Below are positions 46,190 through 54,659 of a stretch of 64,000 bases of DNA, piece after piece. Numbering within the stretch: the first letter of the stretch is position 1; each line of letters begins with the position of its first letter. The position numbers and the translations under genes were made by a program. The notes under the pieces were generated by a model. It was not told where the DNA came from. It ran no database searches and was given only the letters and a program-made list of their open reading frames with translations. Source of the DNA: Actinomycetota bacterium (lineage in GTDB: Bacteria > Actinomycetota > Thermoleophilia > Gaiellales > Gaiellaceae); NCBI GenBank assembly GCA_900299235.1, contig OMIZ01000160.1, positions 79-64,078 on the forward strand, written 5' to 3'.

Positions 46190-47029
46190 CTACTGGGAAT
46201 CCACCACTGTGCGCTCGGTACGACGGAAGACGTAGGCGCCCGAGACGACGAGCAGCAGCACGGCACCGAGCGGGATCAGCATGATCGGTCGTGGCCCGAC
46301 ACCTTCGCCGAGCAGGCCGTAGCGGAAGCCCGCGACAACCCAGTACATGGGGTTGAGTTGGTAGACAAGCTGCCAACTCTGCGGAATCAGGCTTGCTGAA
46401 TAGGCGACAGGAGTCGCGTAGAGCCAGATCTGGAGTCCGTAGGTCGTCGCGTACTGGAGGTCGCGGAACTTCACCGCGGCCGTAGCCGTCCACAGGCCGA
46501 TTGCGAGTGCGGTGAGCATCGCGTAGATGACGTAGAGCGGGACTGCAGCAACCCACCATGTCGGCGCCCAGCCGTACGCCGCCATCATCACGCCGAGTAC
46601 GGCGAACGCGAATACAAGGTCGACGAGTCCGCCGAGAGCTGCCGCGATTGGAATGACGAGGCGGGGGAAGTACACCTTCGAGATCAGGCCGAGTTGTGAG
46701 ACGAGGCTTCCTGACGTTGCTCCAACCGCCGTGGAGAAGTACGTCCAGGCGATCAAGGCAGAGAACGTGAAGAGCGGATAGGGAATACCGTTTGAGGGCA
46801 GCCGTGCAATGTGGCCAAACAGCACGGTGAAGATGATCATCGTGAGGAGCGGCCGCAGGATGATCCACAGCGGGCCGAGCGCCATCTGGCGGTAGCGGCT
46901 CTTGATCTCGCGGCTCGTGAGGAACCAGAGCAGCTCGCGCGACCGCCAGAGGTCAGCGAGGCCGAGGCTTCGCCAGCCCCGCGTCGCTTCGATGACGAGT
47001 GGTTCGACCTGACCCGGGACGGCGCTCAC
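46190..47029 (-). CDS. wzm: ABC-2 type polysaccharide-export permease (Wzm/TagG type)
   Basis: LWRSRELLWFLTSREIKSRYRQMALGPLWIILRPLL is the ABC-2 hallmark, and there are 6 TM spans. The stop abuts the wzt ATG (TAGATG). The start is GTG 47029 or ATG 47116; the latter overlaps the upstream GT4 gene by 50 nt. Confidence 0.8.
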   Translation of the reverse strand: MSAVPGQVEPLVIEATRGWRSLGLADLWRSRELLWFLTSREIKSRYRQMALGPLWIILRPLLTMIIFTVLFGHIARLPSNGIPYPLFTFSALIAWTYFSTAVGATSGSLVSQLGLISKVYFPRLVIPIAAALGGLVDLVFAFAVLGVMMAAYGWAPTWWVAAVPLYVIYAMLTALAIGLWTATAAVKFRDLQYATTYGLQIWLYATPVAYSASLIPQSWQLVYQLNPMYWVVAGFRYGLLGEGVGPRPIMLIPLGAVLLLVVSGAYVFRRTERTVVDSQ

Positions 47030-47066
47030 GCGCGCCTTTCGCTCGCCTGCGTCATTCCAGGTGAGT

Positions 47067-48206
47067 CTAACTGTGGGATTTCGACGCCTCGTCGGGCGAG
47101 ACAAGCGTTGAGGCAAGCGCTGTCACAGCTGCCGCCCAGGCGGTGGCGGTGTGACCTGCGGCCTGGGCTGCACTCGCGCGTCCGGCTGCCTCGCGAAGCT
47201 CAGCATCCGCAAGGTACGGCTGGAGCGCCGCCCAAAGCACCTCCGGATCGCCTGGCTCAAACCGCGTGCCGCTCACGCCGTCATCGATGAGTTCCCAGGA
47301 CGCCCCCGCGGCAGCCGATGCGACGAGCGGCAGGCCGGCTGCGGCTGCCTCGTTCAAGACCATCCCCCATTGCTCGGATCGGGAGGGCAGTGCGAACACA
47401 TCTGCTGCCGCAAACCAGGGGACGAGCTGATCGCGGTCGAGCCAGCCGGTAAATCTGACGTTCGCCGGGGCGGTCTGTCGTAGCGCAGCTGACTGCGACC
47501 CATCGCCAACCACGACGAGGTCGGCGTCTGCGTTACGCATGGCATCGATGAGTACGTCGACACCCTTCTCAGGGTCGAGTCGGCCGACGTAGAGGACGGT
47601 CGTTCGGGTGAGCCCACGCTCTGACCGCACCGCAGCACGGTCTGCACGGATCGCACCGACCGCATCGCGAAACACGGAAAGGTCGACCGCGTTTGGTGCA
47701 ACGGTGATCTGGGCGGACGCGACACCGAGCGTCGACAGGTACTCCCGGGAAGCGCGGCCTGGCACGACGAACGCTGCGCAGCTTGAGATCATCGAGCGTT
47801 TTGCTCGTTCGAGCGGGCCGCTACCCGACCGCTGATCGCGTGCTGTGCTTTCGACCCAGACGACGAGCGGCACGTTGTGACGTCGTGCGTACCGGCGTGC
47901 CAGCCAGAACGCCGGCTGATTCCAGCCGCCGACGATGACGACATCTGGCCGGAAGGTCTGGAGTTGGCGCTTCACACCTCTGTTGAGGACGAGCCAGCGT
48001 CCACCGCGAACGATGCTCGCACCCCGCAAGATTCGATGCGGGAAGCGCATCTCACTCGCATGCAATGTGTAGGGGCGCTTGGGATCGGCTGCGGCAAGAA
48101 ACAGCACGTTCAGCTCGACGTCAGGCGCGGCCGCGAGCTCGTTGAAGAGTGGGAGACGGTAGGGCGCCGGGATCTCAGTAAGGAGTGCGATGCGGATGGG
48201 CCTCAC
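47067..48206 (-). CDS. Glycosyltransferase, GT4 family
   Basis: IRIALLTEIPAPYRLPLF is the N-terminus. The C-terminal motif is LPSRSEQWGMVLNEAAAAGLPLVASAAAGASWELIDDGVSG. There is a GTGA overlap at 48206. Confidence 0.85.
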   Translation of the reverse strand: MRPIRIALLTEIPAPYRLPLFNELAAAPDVELNVLFLAAADPKRPYTLHASEMRFPHRILRGASIVRGGRWLVLNRGVKRQLQTFRPDVVIVGGWNQPAFWLARRYARRHNVPLVVWVESTARDQRSGSGPLERAKRSMISSCAAFVVPGRASREYLSTLGVASAQITVAPNAVDLSVFRDAVGAIRADRAAVRSERGLTRTTVLYVGRLDPEKGVDVLIDAMRNADADLVVVGDGSQSAALRQTAPANVRFTGWLDRDQLVPWFAAADVFALPSRSEQWGMVLNEAAAAGLPLVASAAAGASWELIDDGVSGTRFEPGDPEVLWAALQPYLADAELREAAGRASAAQAAGHTATAWAAAVTALASTLVSPDEASKSHS

Positions 48207-49009
48207 CGTTCAAACCTCGCGCGAAGCGCTGTCCGCAGGTGGCGCAGGCTGCGTAGGAGGAGACGCGGCCGCCACCCATGCGGGGTCGGCAATGCCAAGG
48301 CGTACCTCAGGTCGATACGGAAGAGCTCCCACTCGCCGTGCGCGGTCCGCGCTCCCTGGGTCTTCCCGGTCGGGTTGATCTTGTAGATGTAGCTCGGCTC
48401 GTCGACGTAGCCCACGCGGTAACCGCGGCAGACGATTCGGTGCCACATCTCGACATCTTCGAGCAGGTGGAAGCGACGATCGAACGGGCCGAGCGCGGTG
48501 AGCGCTGGCCGTCGGATACACAGCGCGCAGAAGATGATCTTGGCGCGGATGTCGAGTCGGTCGCGCCGTGCAGCCAGCGGCCACCAACTGCTCGCGAGGA
48601 CTGTACGGGTCGGTTCGACGAGCGCCGCATCGGTGAGCACTGCATCGAGTTCCGGCTCGGCGGCGAAGGCTGCTGCGACCGACGCGAGACGGCGGGGCTC
48701 GTACACGTCATCGGCATCGAGAAAGCACACGACGTCTCCGGTCGCCGCTGCGATCCCTCGGTTACGAGCCGCTGCTGTGCCGGCATTCGCCTGTCGGATC
48801 AACGACACGGGTGCACCGAAGGTTGCGACGACGTCGGCCGTCGCGTCGGGCGAGCCGTCATCGACCACGATGATCTCGTGCACCCGATAGGTCTGAGCGA
48901 GGAGGCTCTCGATCGTCGCCCGAATACTCGATTCGGCGCGGAACGCGGGCACGATCACCGAAAATGTGAGCGCACGAGATTCTGACTCGGGGAGCGGTAG
49001 GGTGGGCAC
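48203..49009 (-). CDS. Glycosyltransferase, GT2 family
   Basis: FSVIVPAFRAESSIRATIESLLAQTY..EIIVVDDGSPDAT is the GT-A N-terminus and FLDADD is the DxD motif. Confidence 0.8.
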   Translation of the reverse strand: MPTLPLPESESRALTFSVIVPAFRAESSIRATIESLLAQTYRVHEIIVVDDGSPDATADVVATFGAPVSLIRQANAGTAAARNRGIAAATGDVVCFLDADDVYEPRRLASVAAAFAAEPELDAVLTDAALVEPTRTVLASSWWPLAARRDRLDIRAKIIFCALCIRRPALTALGPFDRRFHLLEDVEMWHRIVCRGYRVGYVDEPSYIYKINPTGKTQGARTAHGEWELFRIDLRYALALPTPHGWRPRLLLRSLRHLRTALRARFER

Positions 49010-49015
49010 GCCAGC

Positions 49016-50539
49016 GTGAGCCTAACGGCTTCAGGAGTATGCTTCTCGCCCGTGCGCGGCTGGCTTCAACGGTGGCCTGTGGGTGCGATCACCGTCGCGG
49101 GTCTTGCACTCACGATCCTCATCATCTCCTCGGCATCGAGTTCCGTGACGTGGCTGCACGACCATGCGGGTTCCGCACGCTGGGGCTCGCTGCTGCTGAT
49201 GGCGATCCTCTCGGCGCTCTATGCCCTTGCGAGGCCAACGCCGCTTCGCATTCCTCTGCTCCCGGCGGCGACAGCCTCGTTTCTCGGCGTGCTCACGATC
49301 GTGTCGGCCCTGTGGTCAGTGCAGCCGAAGCTCACCGTCGAGCGCGCCGTGTCGTTCGGTGCAGTTCTCGCCGTGGGTGGGCTGCTCGCGGCCGGCTCTG
49401 CCGGTCGTGCTCGCGAACGTGAGCGCCTGATCATCGGCATCGCTGCCGGGACAGCCCTCGTAGCACTTGCGGGTCTCGTGCTGCTTGTTGTTGCTCGAAA
49501 TGACGCGGTCGTCTGGTGGCAACCGGGATCTGCGCCGACGCGCTACCGCGGCTTCGGCGAGAACGCGAACACCGTCGCGCTCCTCGCGTCCCTTTCGACC
49601 CCTGCTGCTGCCTGGGTTGGGCTAGAGGCCTCAACGGCACGGCTCCGCCGGATCGGCGCGCTGCTCTTTCTGCTGGTTTTTGGATCGGTCGTCGCGTCCG
49701 AATCGCGCGGTGCGATCGTCGCGTCTGGGGTGGCGCTCGTGTTCCTTACCGCGCTTCTTCCGCGCCCCGTAATCGACCGACTGAAGCTCATCGTCGTCGT
49801 GGGAGTGCTGCTCGCGGTCGCCGTTGGTGTCAGTTCACTGCGGTTTGTTGGCAACACACAGATCCAAGCCTTCACTCCGAGTGCATCCTCGACGCAGCCA
49901 ACTTCGCCGAGCAGCACAACGCACGGCCCATCGGCACCGACGGCCACAACGCCCTCCGCTACCCCGCAGTCGGCAAAGGACACCTCCGAGTTTCCACTCC
50001 TGTTGACACGGCCAACAAACGGGGCGACCCCCATTGCGATCTACCCGGTCTCCCGCTCGGGAGAGCTCGGACACCCCTTCTTCACGGGAACGTTCGGTGC
50101 CGTCGGGGCCTTCACGTCGAGCGGACGTATTGCCGCGTGGCGCGGGGCGCTCAAGACCGCCGAGGAGCGTCCCCTCTTCGGCTTTGGCTTTGGAACCGAG
50201 GACAGAGTCTTCGTCGACCGGTACTACATCTTCCAGGGAGCCCGTCCAGAAAACGCCTACATCGGGTGGCTGATGCAGCTTGGGATCGCAGGGCTCGCGG
50301 CGTTCGTGATCTTCGGCCTATCGCTGCTCTGGATCGTCGTGCGGGTCGTACCGACGCTTGCGGGGCAGGCGCGATCCGCGCCGGTTGCGCTCGCCGCGAT
50401 CACGCTTGGTGGCTTCCTCGCGGCGCTGTTTCAGAGCTACATCTACGCCGCAGGCAATCTCGCCGTCCTGACGTTCTGGGTCGGTGCGCTCGCGCTCGCT
50501 ACGACCACCGTCCGCGATGGGCAGGAACACCATGGCTAA
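49016..50539 (+). CDS. O-antigen ligase/polymerase-like (Wzy_C-type) polytopic membrane protein, second copy
   Basis: SESRGAIVASGVALVFL is the Wzy_C core. There are about 10 TM spans and a Ser/Thr/Pro-rich loop at ~49871-49990. The start is uncertain: GTG 49016 is only 6 nt from the divergent start, with in-frame GTG alternatives at 49052 and 49079. Confidence 0.7.
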   Translation: MSLTASGVCFSPVRGWLQRWPVGAITVAGLALTILIISSASSSVTWLHDHAGSARWGSLLLMAILSALYALARPTPLRIPLLPAATASFLGVLTIVSALWSVQPKLTVERAVSFGAVLAVGGLLAAGSAGRARERERLIIGIAAGTALVALAGLVLLVVARNDAVVWWQPGSAPTRYRGFGENANTVALLASLSTPAAAWVGLEASTARLRRIGALLFLLVFGSVVASESRGAIVASGVALVFLTALLPRPVIDRLKLIVVVGVLLAVAVGVSSLRFVGNTQIQAFTPSASSTQPTSPSSTTHGPSAPTATTPSATPQSAKDTSEFPLLLTRPTNGATPIAIYPVSRSGELGHPFFTGTFGAVGAFTSSGRIAAWRGALKTAEERPLFGFGFGTEDRVFVDRYYIFQGARPENAYIGWLMQLGIAGLAAFVIFGLSLLWIVVRVVPTLAGQARSAPVALAAITLGGFLAALFQSYIYAAGNLAVLTFWVGALALATTTVRDGQEHHG

Positions 50540-51755
50540 GGGACGTAAGCCCAAGATTCTCGTGCTGAACCAGTACTACTGGCCAGGTGTCGAGGCGACC
50601 GCCCACCTCCTTGCCGAGCTATGCGCAGGACTCGCCGATGAGTTCGACATCACGGTCGTGAGCGGTCGTATGGGAGGGTCTGATGGCCGCGACAACCGGA
50701 TGACGCATCGTGGTGTCGAGATCGTCCGCGTCCCGTCAACGACCTACGAGCGGCGCAAGCTCAGCCTCCGCGCGCTCAACTACCTCACGTACCTCGCCTC
50801 ATCGGCCGGAGTCGCGCTCGCGCAGGAGAAGCCGGATGTAGTTCTCTGTATGACCGATCCGCCAATCATCGCCGACGTCGCCTACGTTGCTGCCCGCCGG
50901 TTTGGTGTACCGCTCGTTGTAATTTCACAGGACGTGTTTCCCGAGGCTGCCGTCGAACTGGGTCGGCTCACGAATCCAGTAATCGTGGGCATTCTGCGGA
51001 AGGCGATTCGCTACTACCTTCGGCGGGCCGACCGCGTCGTCGCGATCGGCGAAACGATGCGTATGAAGCTTGAGGCGAAGGGCGCGGACCCCGCGCGTCT
51101 CCGGGTGATTTCGAACTGGGTAGATACGACCGCAATTCGACCGGAACGACAAGACAACGAGTGGTCACGCGAGAACGACCTTGCAGGGAAGTTCGTCGTG
51201 ATGCACTCAGGCAATGTCGGCTACGCGCAGAACCTCGATGCGGTCATCCGCGCAGCGACGTTCCTGCGCGACCTCGACGACACACGCATCGTGATCGTGG
51301 GAGCCGGTGCTCGACATGCTGAACTCGTCGAGCTCACGGGGCGGCTCGAAGCGGACCTTGTCACCTTCCTTCCGTACCAGCCACGCGAGATGCTGAGTCA
51401 CTCGCTCTCGGCCGCAACGGTGCACGTAGTCGGGCTCGCCAAGGGGCTCGCCGGCTACGTCGTTCCAAGTCGGCTGTACGGGATCATGGCCGCAGGTCGG
51501 CCCGTAATCGTTGCGGCGCAGGCGTCGAGCGAGACAGCCCAAGTGGTCGAGCGCGAGGGATGCGGCGTTGTTGTTCCGCCTGGGCGCCCCGACGCGCTCG
51601 CCGCGGTCATTCGCGAGATGCGTGCGGGCGCATACGACCTTGAGGAGATGGGTCGCCGTGGTCGTGCGTTCGTCGAGCGTGAGGCTGACCGCACGGTTGC
51701 GATCGAGCGGTACCGGATGGTCCTACGCGATGTGATTGCTGAGGCGCGCACGTGA
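50532..51755 (+). CDS. Glycosyltransferase, GT4 family (WbuB/WcaI-like N-terminus)
   Basis: ATG 50532 gives MAKGRKPKILVLNQYYWPGVEATAHLLAELCAGL. The C-terminal region reads YVVPSRLYGIMAAGRPVIVAA. Confidence 0.85.
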   Translation: MAKGRKPKILVLNQYYWPGVEATAHLLAELCAGLADEFDITVVSGRMGGSDGRDNRMTHRGVEIVRVPSTTYERRKLSLRALNYLTYLASSAGVALAQEKPDVVLCMTDPPIIADVAYVAARRFGVPLVVISQDVFPEAAVELGRLTNPVIVGILRKAIRYYLRRADRVVAIGETMRMKLEAKGADPARLRVISNWVDTTAIRPERQDNEWSRENDLAGKFVVMHSGNVGYAQNLDAVIRAATFLRDLDDTRIVIVGAGARHAELVELTGRLEADLVTFLPYQPREMLSHSLSAATVHVVGLAKGLAGYVVPSRLYGIMAAGRPVIVAAQASSETAQVVEREGCGVVVPPGRPDALAAVIREMRAGAYDLEEMGRRGRAFVEREADRTVAIERYRMVLRDVIAEART

Positions 51756-52171
51756 TGCCGCCCCGCGTGCTCGTTGTCGCAGGTGCCCTGTGCGTTCTCC
51801 TGGCCGGGAGCGTAGTAATCGGTCGACACGAGGGGCGGACGGCCAACGCGAAGCAGATTGCCGAGATCCGGCTCATCAAGAGTCTCACGGGCTCTCCGCT
51901 CGACAATGCACGTCTTTCCGCCTATCGATTCGATCCCGGCTTCGCCTGCTTGATCTATCGCGAAGGCGCGAATAGGTTCGCGCTGAGGCTCTGCTTCGAT
52001 GGGAAGGGCCGTCTGGTCGAGACCGCCGACCAGCGGACGAGCACGATCATCTACGGGAGCGTGAGCTACCGCCCGCAACTCGCGCCGTTCCAGGTCACCC
52101 CTGAGCAGGTCATCGCGATTCTCCTGCGGCACGGCGTTACTCGCGGCGAGATTCAGGCCTCCGGGTACTGA
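51752..52171 (+). CDS. Small hypothetical protein with N-terminal membrane anchor/signal
   Basis: MMPPRVLVVAGALCVLLAGSVVIG is a hydrophobic N-terminus. It is coupled to the upstream stop (GTGATG at 51752-51757). I recognise no family. Confidence 0.45.
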   Translation: MMPPRVLVVAGALCVLLAGSVVIGRHEGRTANAKQIAEIRLIKSLTGSPLDNARLSAYRFDPGFACLIYREGANRFALRLCFDGKGRLVETADQRTSTIIYGSVSYRPQLAPFQVTPEQVIAILLRHGVTRGEIQASGY

Positions 52172-52192
52172 TCCTGATAGCGTCGGCGCGCC

Positions 52193-52879
52193 GTGCGCGT
52201 CTCGTTCCTCATCCCCGTCTACAACGAGGCTGCCACCGTCGAGCATGTGCTCGCGCGGCTGTTGGAGCTCGATGTGCCCAAGCAGATTGTGATCGTCGAC
52301 GACGGTTCCACTGACGGGACGAGCGAAATCGTCGATGCCTGGGCCGAGGGGCGCGACGACGTCGTCGTGGTGCACAAGAAGAACGGTGGCAAAGGGACTG
52401 CAGTGATCGCCGGGCTTCCGCACCTCGATGGTGAGGTCACCGTTATTCAGGACGGCGACCTTGAGTACGACGTCGACGATATTCCGGCACTGCTCGACCC
52501 CCTCCGCCGTGGCGTGGCCGACATGGTCTACGGCTCGCGTTTCTCCGGAGGCAAACCGCAGCGCGTACATCGCTTCTGGCATTCGCTCGGTAACAAGGTG
52601 ATGACGCTCACGGCGAACGTGCTCTACGACACGTCGCTCTCCGACGTCGGGACGGGCTACAAGGCGATCCGTACCGACCTGCTACGCGATATCCGCCTCA
52701 CCGAGCCGAATTTTGCGATCGACTGCGAGATCACGGCGCGCGTGTCACTCCGCCGTCCTTCGGTGTACGAGGTGCCGATCGCGTACTACGGCCGCACCTA
52801 TGCCGAGGGCAAGAAGATCCACTGGCGCCACGGCTTCGAGGGTCTCTGGACCCTCATCCGGATTCGCATTTTCGGTTAG
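52193..52879 (+). CDS. GT2 polyprenyl-phosphate sugar synthase-like (DPM1/Ppm1/GtrB/ArnC-type catalytic domain)
   Basis: VSFLIPVYNEAATVEHVLARLLELD..IVIVDDGSTDGT is the GT-A N-terminus. QDGDLEYD and SDVGTGYKAIR follow. It is a paralogue of 62757..63428. Confidence 0.85.
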   Translation: MRVSFLIPVYNEAATVEHVLARLLELDVPKQIVIVDDGSTDGTSEIVDAWAEGRDDVVVVHKKNGGKGTAVIAGLPHLDGEVTVIQDGDLEYDVDDIPALLDPLRRGVADMVYGSRFSGGKPQRVHRFWHSLGNKVMTLTANVLYDTSLSDVGTGYKAIRTDLLRDIRLTEPNFAIDCEITARVSLRRPSVYEVPIAYYGRTYAEGKKIHWRHGFEGLWTLIRIRIFG

Positions 52880-52932
52880 CCGTCCGCGGAATCGGCCTAG
52901 GGCGAGCGTGCGCGACGTTTACACTCGCCGCG

Positions 52933-54078
52933 GTGCTTGCGATCGCGATCTTGTTCTGGCTCTGCATCGGGCTGATCCTCTGGACGCACGTCGCCTATGG
53001 CGTCGTCGTTGCCGGGATTGCGCGTCTCTATCGGCGGGCGCCTGCCGCCAGCGAGATTCTGCCGCGAGTGTTGATCGTCGTCGCCGCCTACAACGAGGCT
53101 GCGGTGATCGAGCGGCGCCTCGAGAACCTCCTCGCACTCGACTATCCAGCCGACAAGCTGAAGATTGTCGTCTCGTCTGACGCGTCGACCGATGCGACAA
53201 ACGACCTCGTCGCGGCGATCGCCACACGTGAGCCCCGAGTGCAGCTCCTCGTCAACGAACGTGGTGGAAAGATCCAGGCGCAAGACAAGGCCGTTCGAGC
53301 GTTCGGTGACGATGCAGACGTCCTCGCCTTCTCCGATGCGAACTGCACGTGGGCGCCAGATGCGCTGAGGGTGCTTGTGCGCCCGCTCGCCGATCCTTCC
53401 GTCGGATACGTCTGTGGCCGACTCGCCATCCTCGACGCAGACGGGGTCAACAAGGAAGGTGCGTACTGGCGTTACGAGATGTGGCTGCGCGCAAACGAGT
53501 CAGCGATCGGCTCAGTGACAGGCGGCAACGGCTCGATTTACGCGGTTCGGCGGAGCGCCTACATAGAAGTTCACCCGTCGATGGGACACGATCTGTCGTT
53601 TCCCTACCGCATGGTGCAAAACGGCCTGCGTGCGGTCTACGAGCCTGCTGCCGTCGCGTCTGAAAAGCCGTCCAAGGACACCGAGGAGGAGTACCGCCGA
53701 AAGGTGCGGATGTTTGAGCACTGCTGGCTGATCGTCTTGCGCGGCAAGATGCTGCGCCGCCTGCCGCCGCTCTACTGGCTGGCGATCGTCTCGCACAGAC
53801 ACCTCCGGTATCTCACGGGGCTTCTCCATCTGATCGCGCTCGGGGCGAACATTGCGTTGCTTGTCGGCGAGAGCGGCAGCGTTCTCTACTGGCTCACGCT
53901 TCTTGGCCAGATCGGCTTTCTCGGGCTAGCACTGCTTGGCAAGGCCCGTGTGCGCGTCCCGTTCGCGGCGCTCGCCTGGTACTACACACTCGTTTCCTGG
54001 GCGACCACGAAGGCGCTCCTCAACTACCTGCGTCGCGGCGTACCCGCGACGTGGGAGGCCGCGGCAGGAACGCGTTGA
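52933..54078 (+). CDS. Membrane-embedded GT2 (synthase-like; N-terminal and C-terminal TM spans flanking the GT-A domain)
   Basis: An N-terminal TM span (AIAILFWLCIGLILW) precedes VLIVVAAYNEAAVIERRLENLLALDY, SSDASTDAT, FSDANC, GGNGSIYAVRR and EEEYRRKVRM. About 4 C-terminal TM spans follow. Confidence 0.8.
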   Translation: MLAIAILFWLCIGLILWTHVAYGVVVAGIARLYRRAPAASEILPRVLIVVAAYNEAAVIERRLENLLALDYPADKLKIVVSSDASTDATNDLVAAIATREPRVQLLVNERGGKIQAQDKAVRAFGDDADVLAFSDANCTWAPDALRVLVRPLADPSVGYVCGRLAILDADGVNKEGAYWRYEMWLRANESAIGSVTGGNGSIYAVRRSAYIEVHPSMGHDLSFPYRMVQNGLRAVYEPAAVASEKPSKDTEEEYRRKVRMFEHCWLIVLRGKMLRRLPPLYWLAIVSHRHLRYLTGLLHLIALGANIALLVGESGSVLYWLTLLGQIGFLGLALLGKARVRVPFAALAWYYTLVSWATTKALLNYLRRGVPATWEAAAGTR

Positions 54079-54659
54079 ACCGCCTCTTCGATGTTAGCGT
54101 CGCCTCGCTCGGGCTGATCGTCGCCTCGCCGTTCCTCGCGCTCGCCGCGCTCGCGGTGAAGCTTGAGGACCGAGGGCCGGTGCTCTATCGCCAGACGCGG
54201 GTTGGGAAGGATGGTGTCGACTTCGAGCTCTTGAAGCTGCGCACGATGATCGTCGATGCCGAGAAGAAGGGTGCGGGTTTCGCGGTCGACAAGGGAGACA
54301 GCCGCATTACGAAGAGCGGCGCGTTGCTGCGGCGACTGTCGATCGATGAGCTGCCGCAGCTGTGGAACGTGGTGCGTGGTGAGATGTCGCTGATCGGTCC
54401 ACGGCCGACGCTGCGGTACCAGGTTGAGCAGTACACGCCTCACCAACGTCGTCGCCTTGAGGTGCACCCGGGCCTCACCGGCTGGGCGCAGATCCATGGT
54501 CGGGCGGCTCTTCCCTGGGCAGAGCGGATTGAGCTTGACGTTTGGTACGTCGATCACCGCTCCTGGCGCATCGACCTGTTGATCCTCTTTCGGACGCCGC
54601 TTGCGCTGTTCGGGGGCACCTATCGGGGATCGACAGGCGGCTGGACACAGGGTGGGTAG
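54051..54659 (+). CDS. Small monotopic phosphoglycosyl transferase (bacterial sugar transferase, PglC/WbaP-C-terminal type), initiating enzyme
   Basis: LNRLFDVSVASLGLIVASPFLALAALAVKLEDRGPVLYRQTRVG, KLRTM, DELPQLWNVVRGEMSLIGPRP and GWAQI are present. An alternative TTG start at 54075 overlaps the upstream TGA (TTGA). Confidence 0.85.
   Translation: MGGRGRNALNRLFDVSVASLGLIVASPFLALAALAVKLEDRGPVLYRQTRVGKDGVDFELLKLRTMIVDAEKKGAGFAVDKGDSRITKSGALLRRLSIDELPQLWNVVRGEMSLIGPRPTLRYQVEQYTPHQRRRLEVHPGLTGWAQIHGRAALPWAERIELDVWYVDHRSWRIDLLILFRTPLALFGGTYRGSTGGWTQGG

Noticed and set aside
45651-46868. 405-aa ORF on the minus strand in another frame, overlapping wzt and wzm
   Set aside because: It overlaps, out of frame, the genes carrying the Walker A/B and ABC-2 permease motifs. 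The sequence is Arg/Pro-rich with no domains, so I treat it as a frame artefact.
49516-50568. 350-aa plus-strand ORF in an alternative frame of the Wzy-like gene
   Set aside because: It is on the same strand but a different frame from the ORF that shows a coherent TM pattern and the SESRGA Wzy_C core. This frame gives an Arg/Pro/Gly-rich non-membrane sequence.
51455-52582. 375-aa minus-strand ORF
   Set aside because: It is antisense to the WbuB-like GT4, the small anchored ORF and the DPM1-like GT2. It has no motifs and a biased Arg/Gly/Asp composition.
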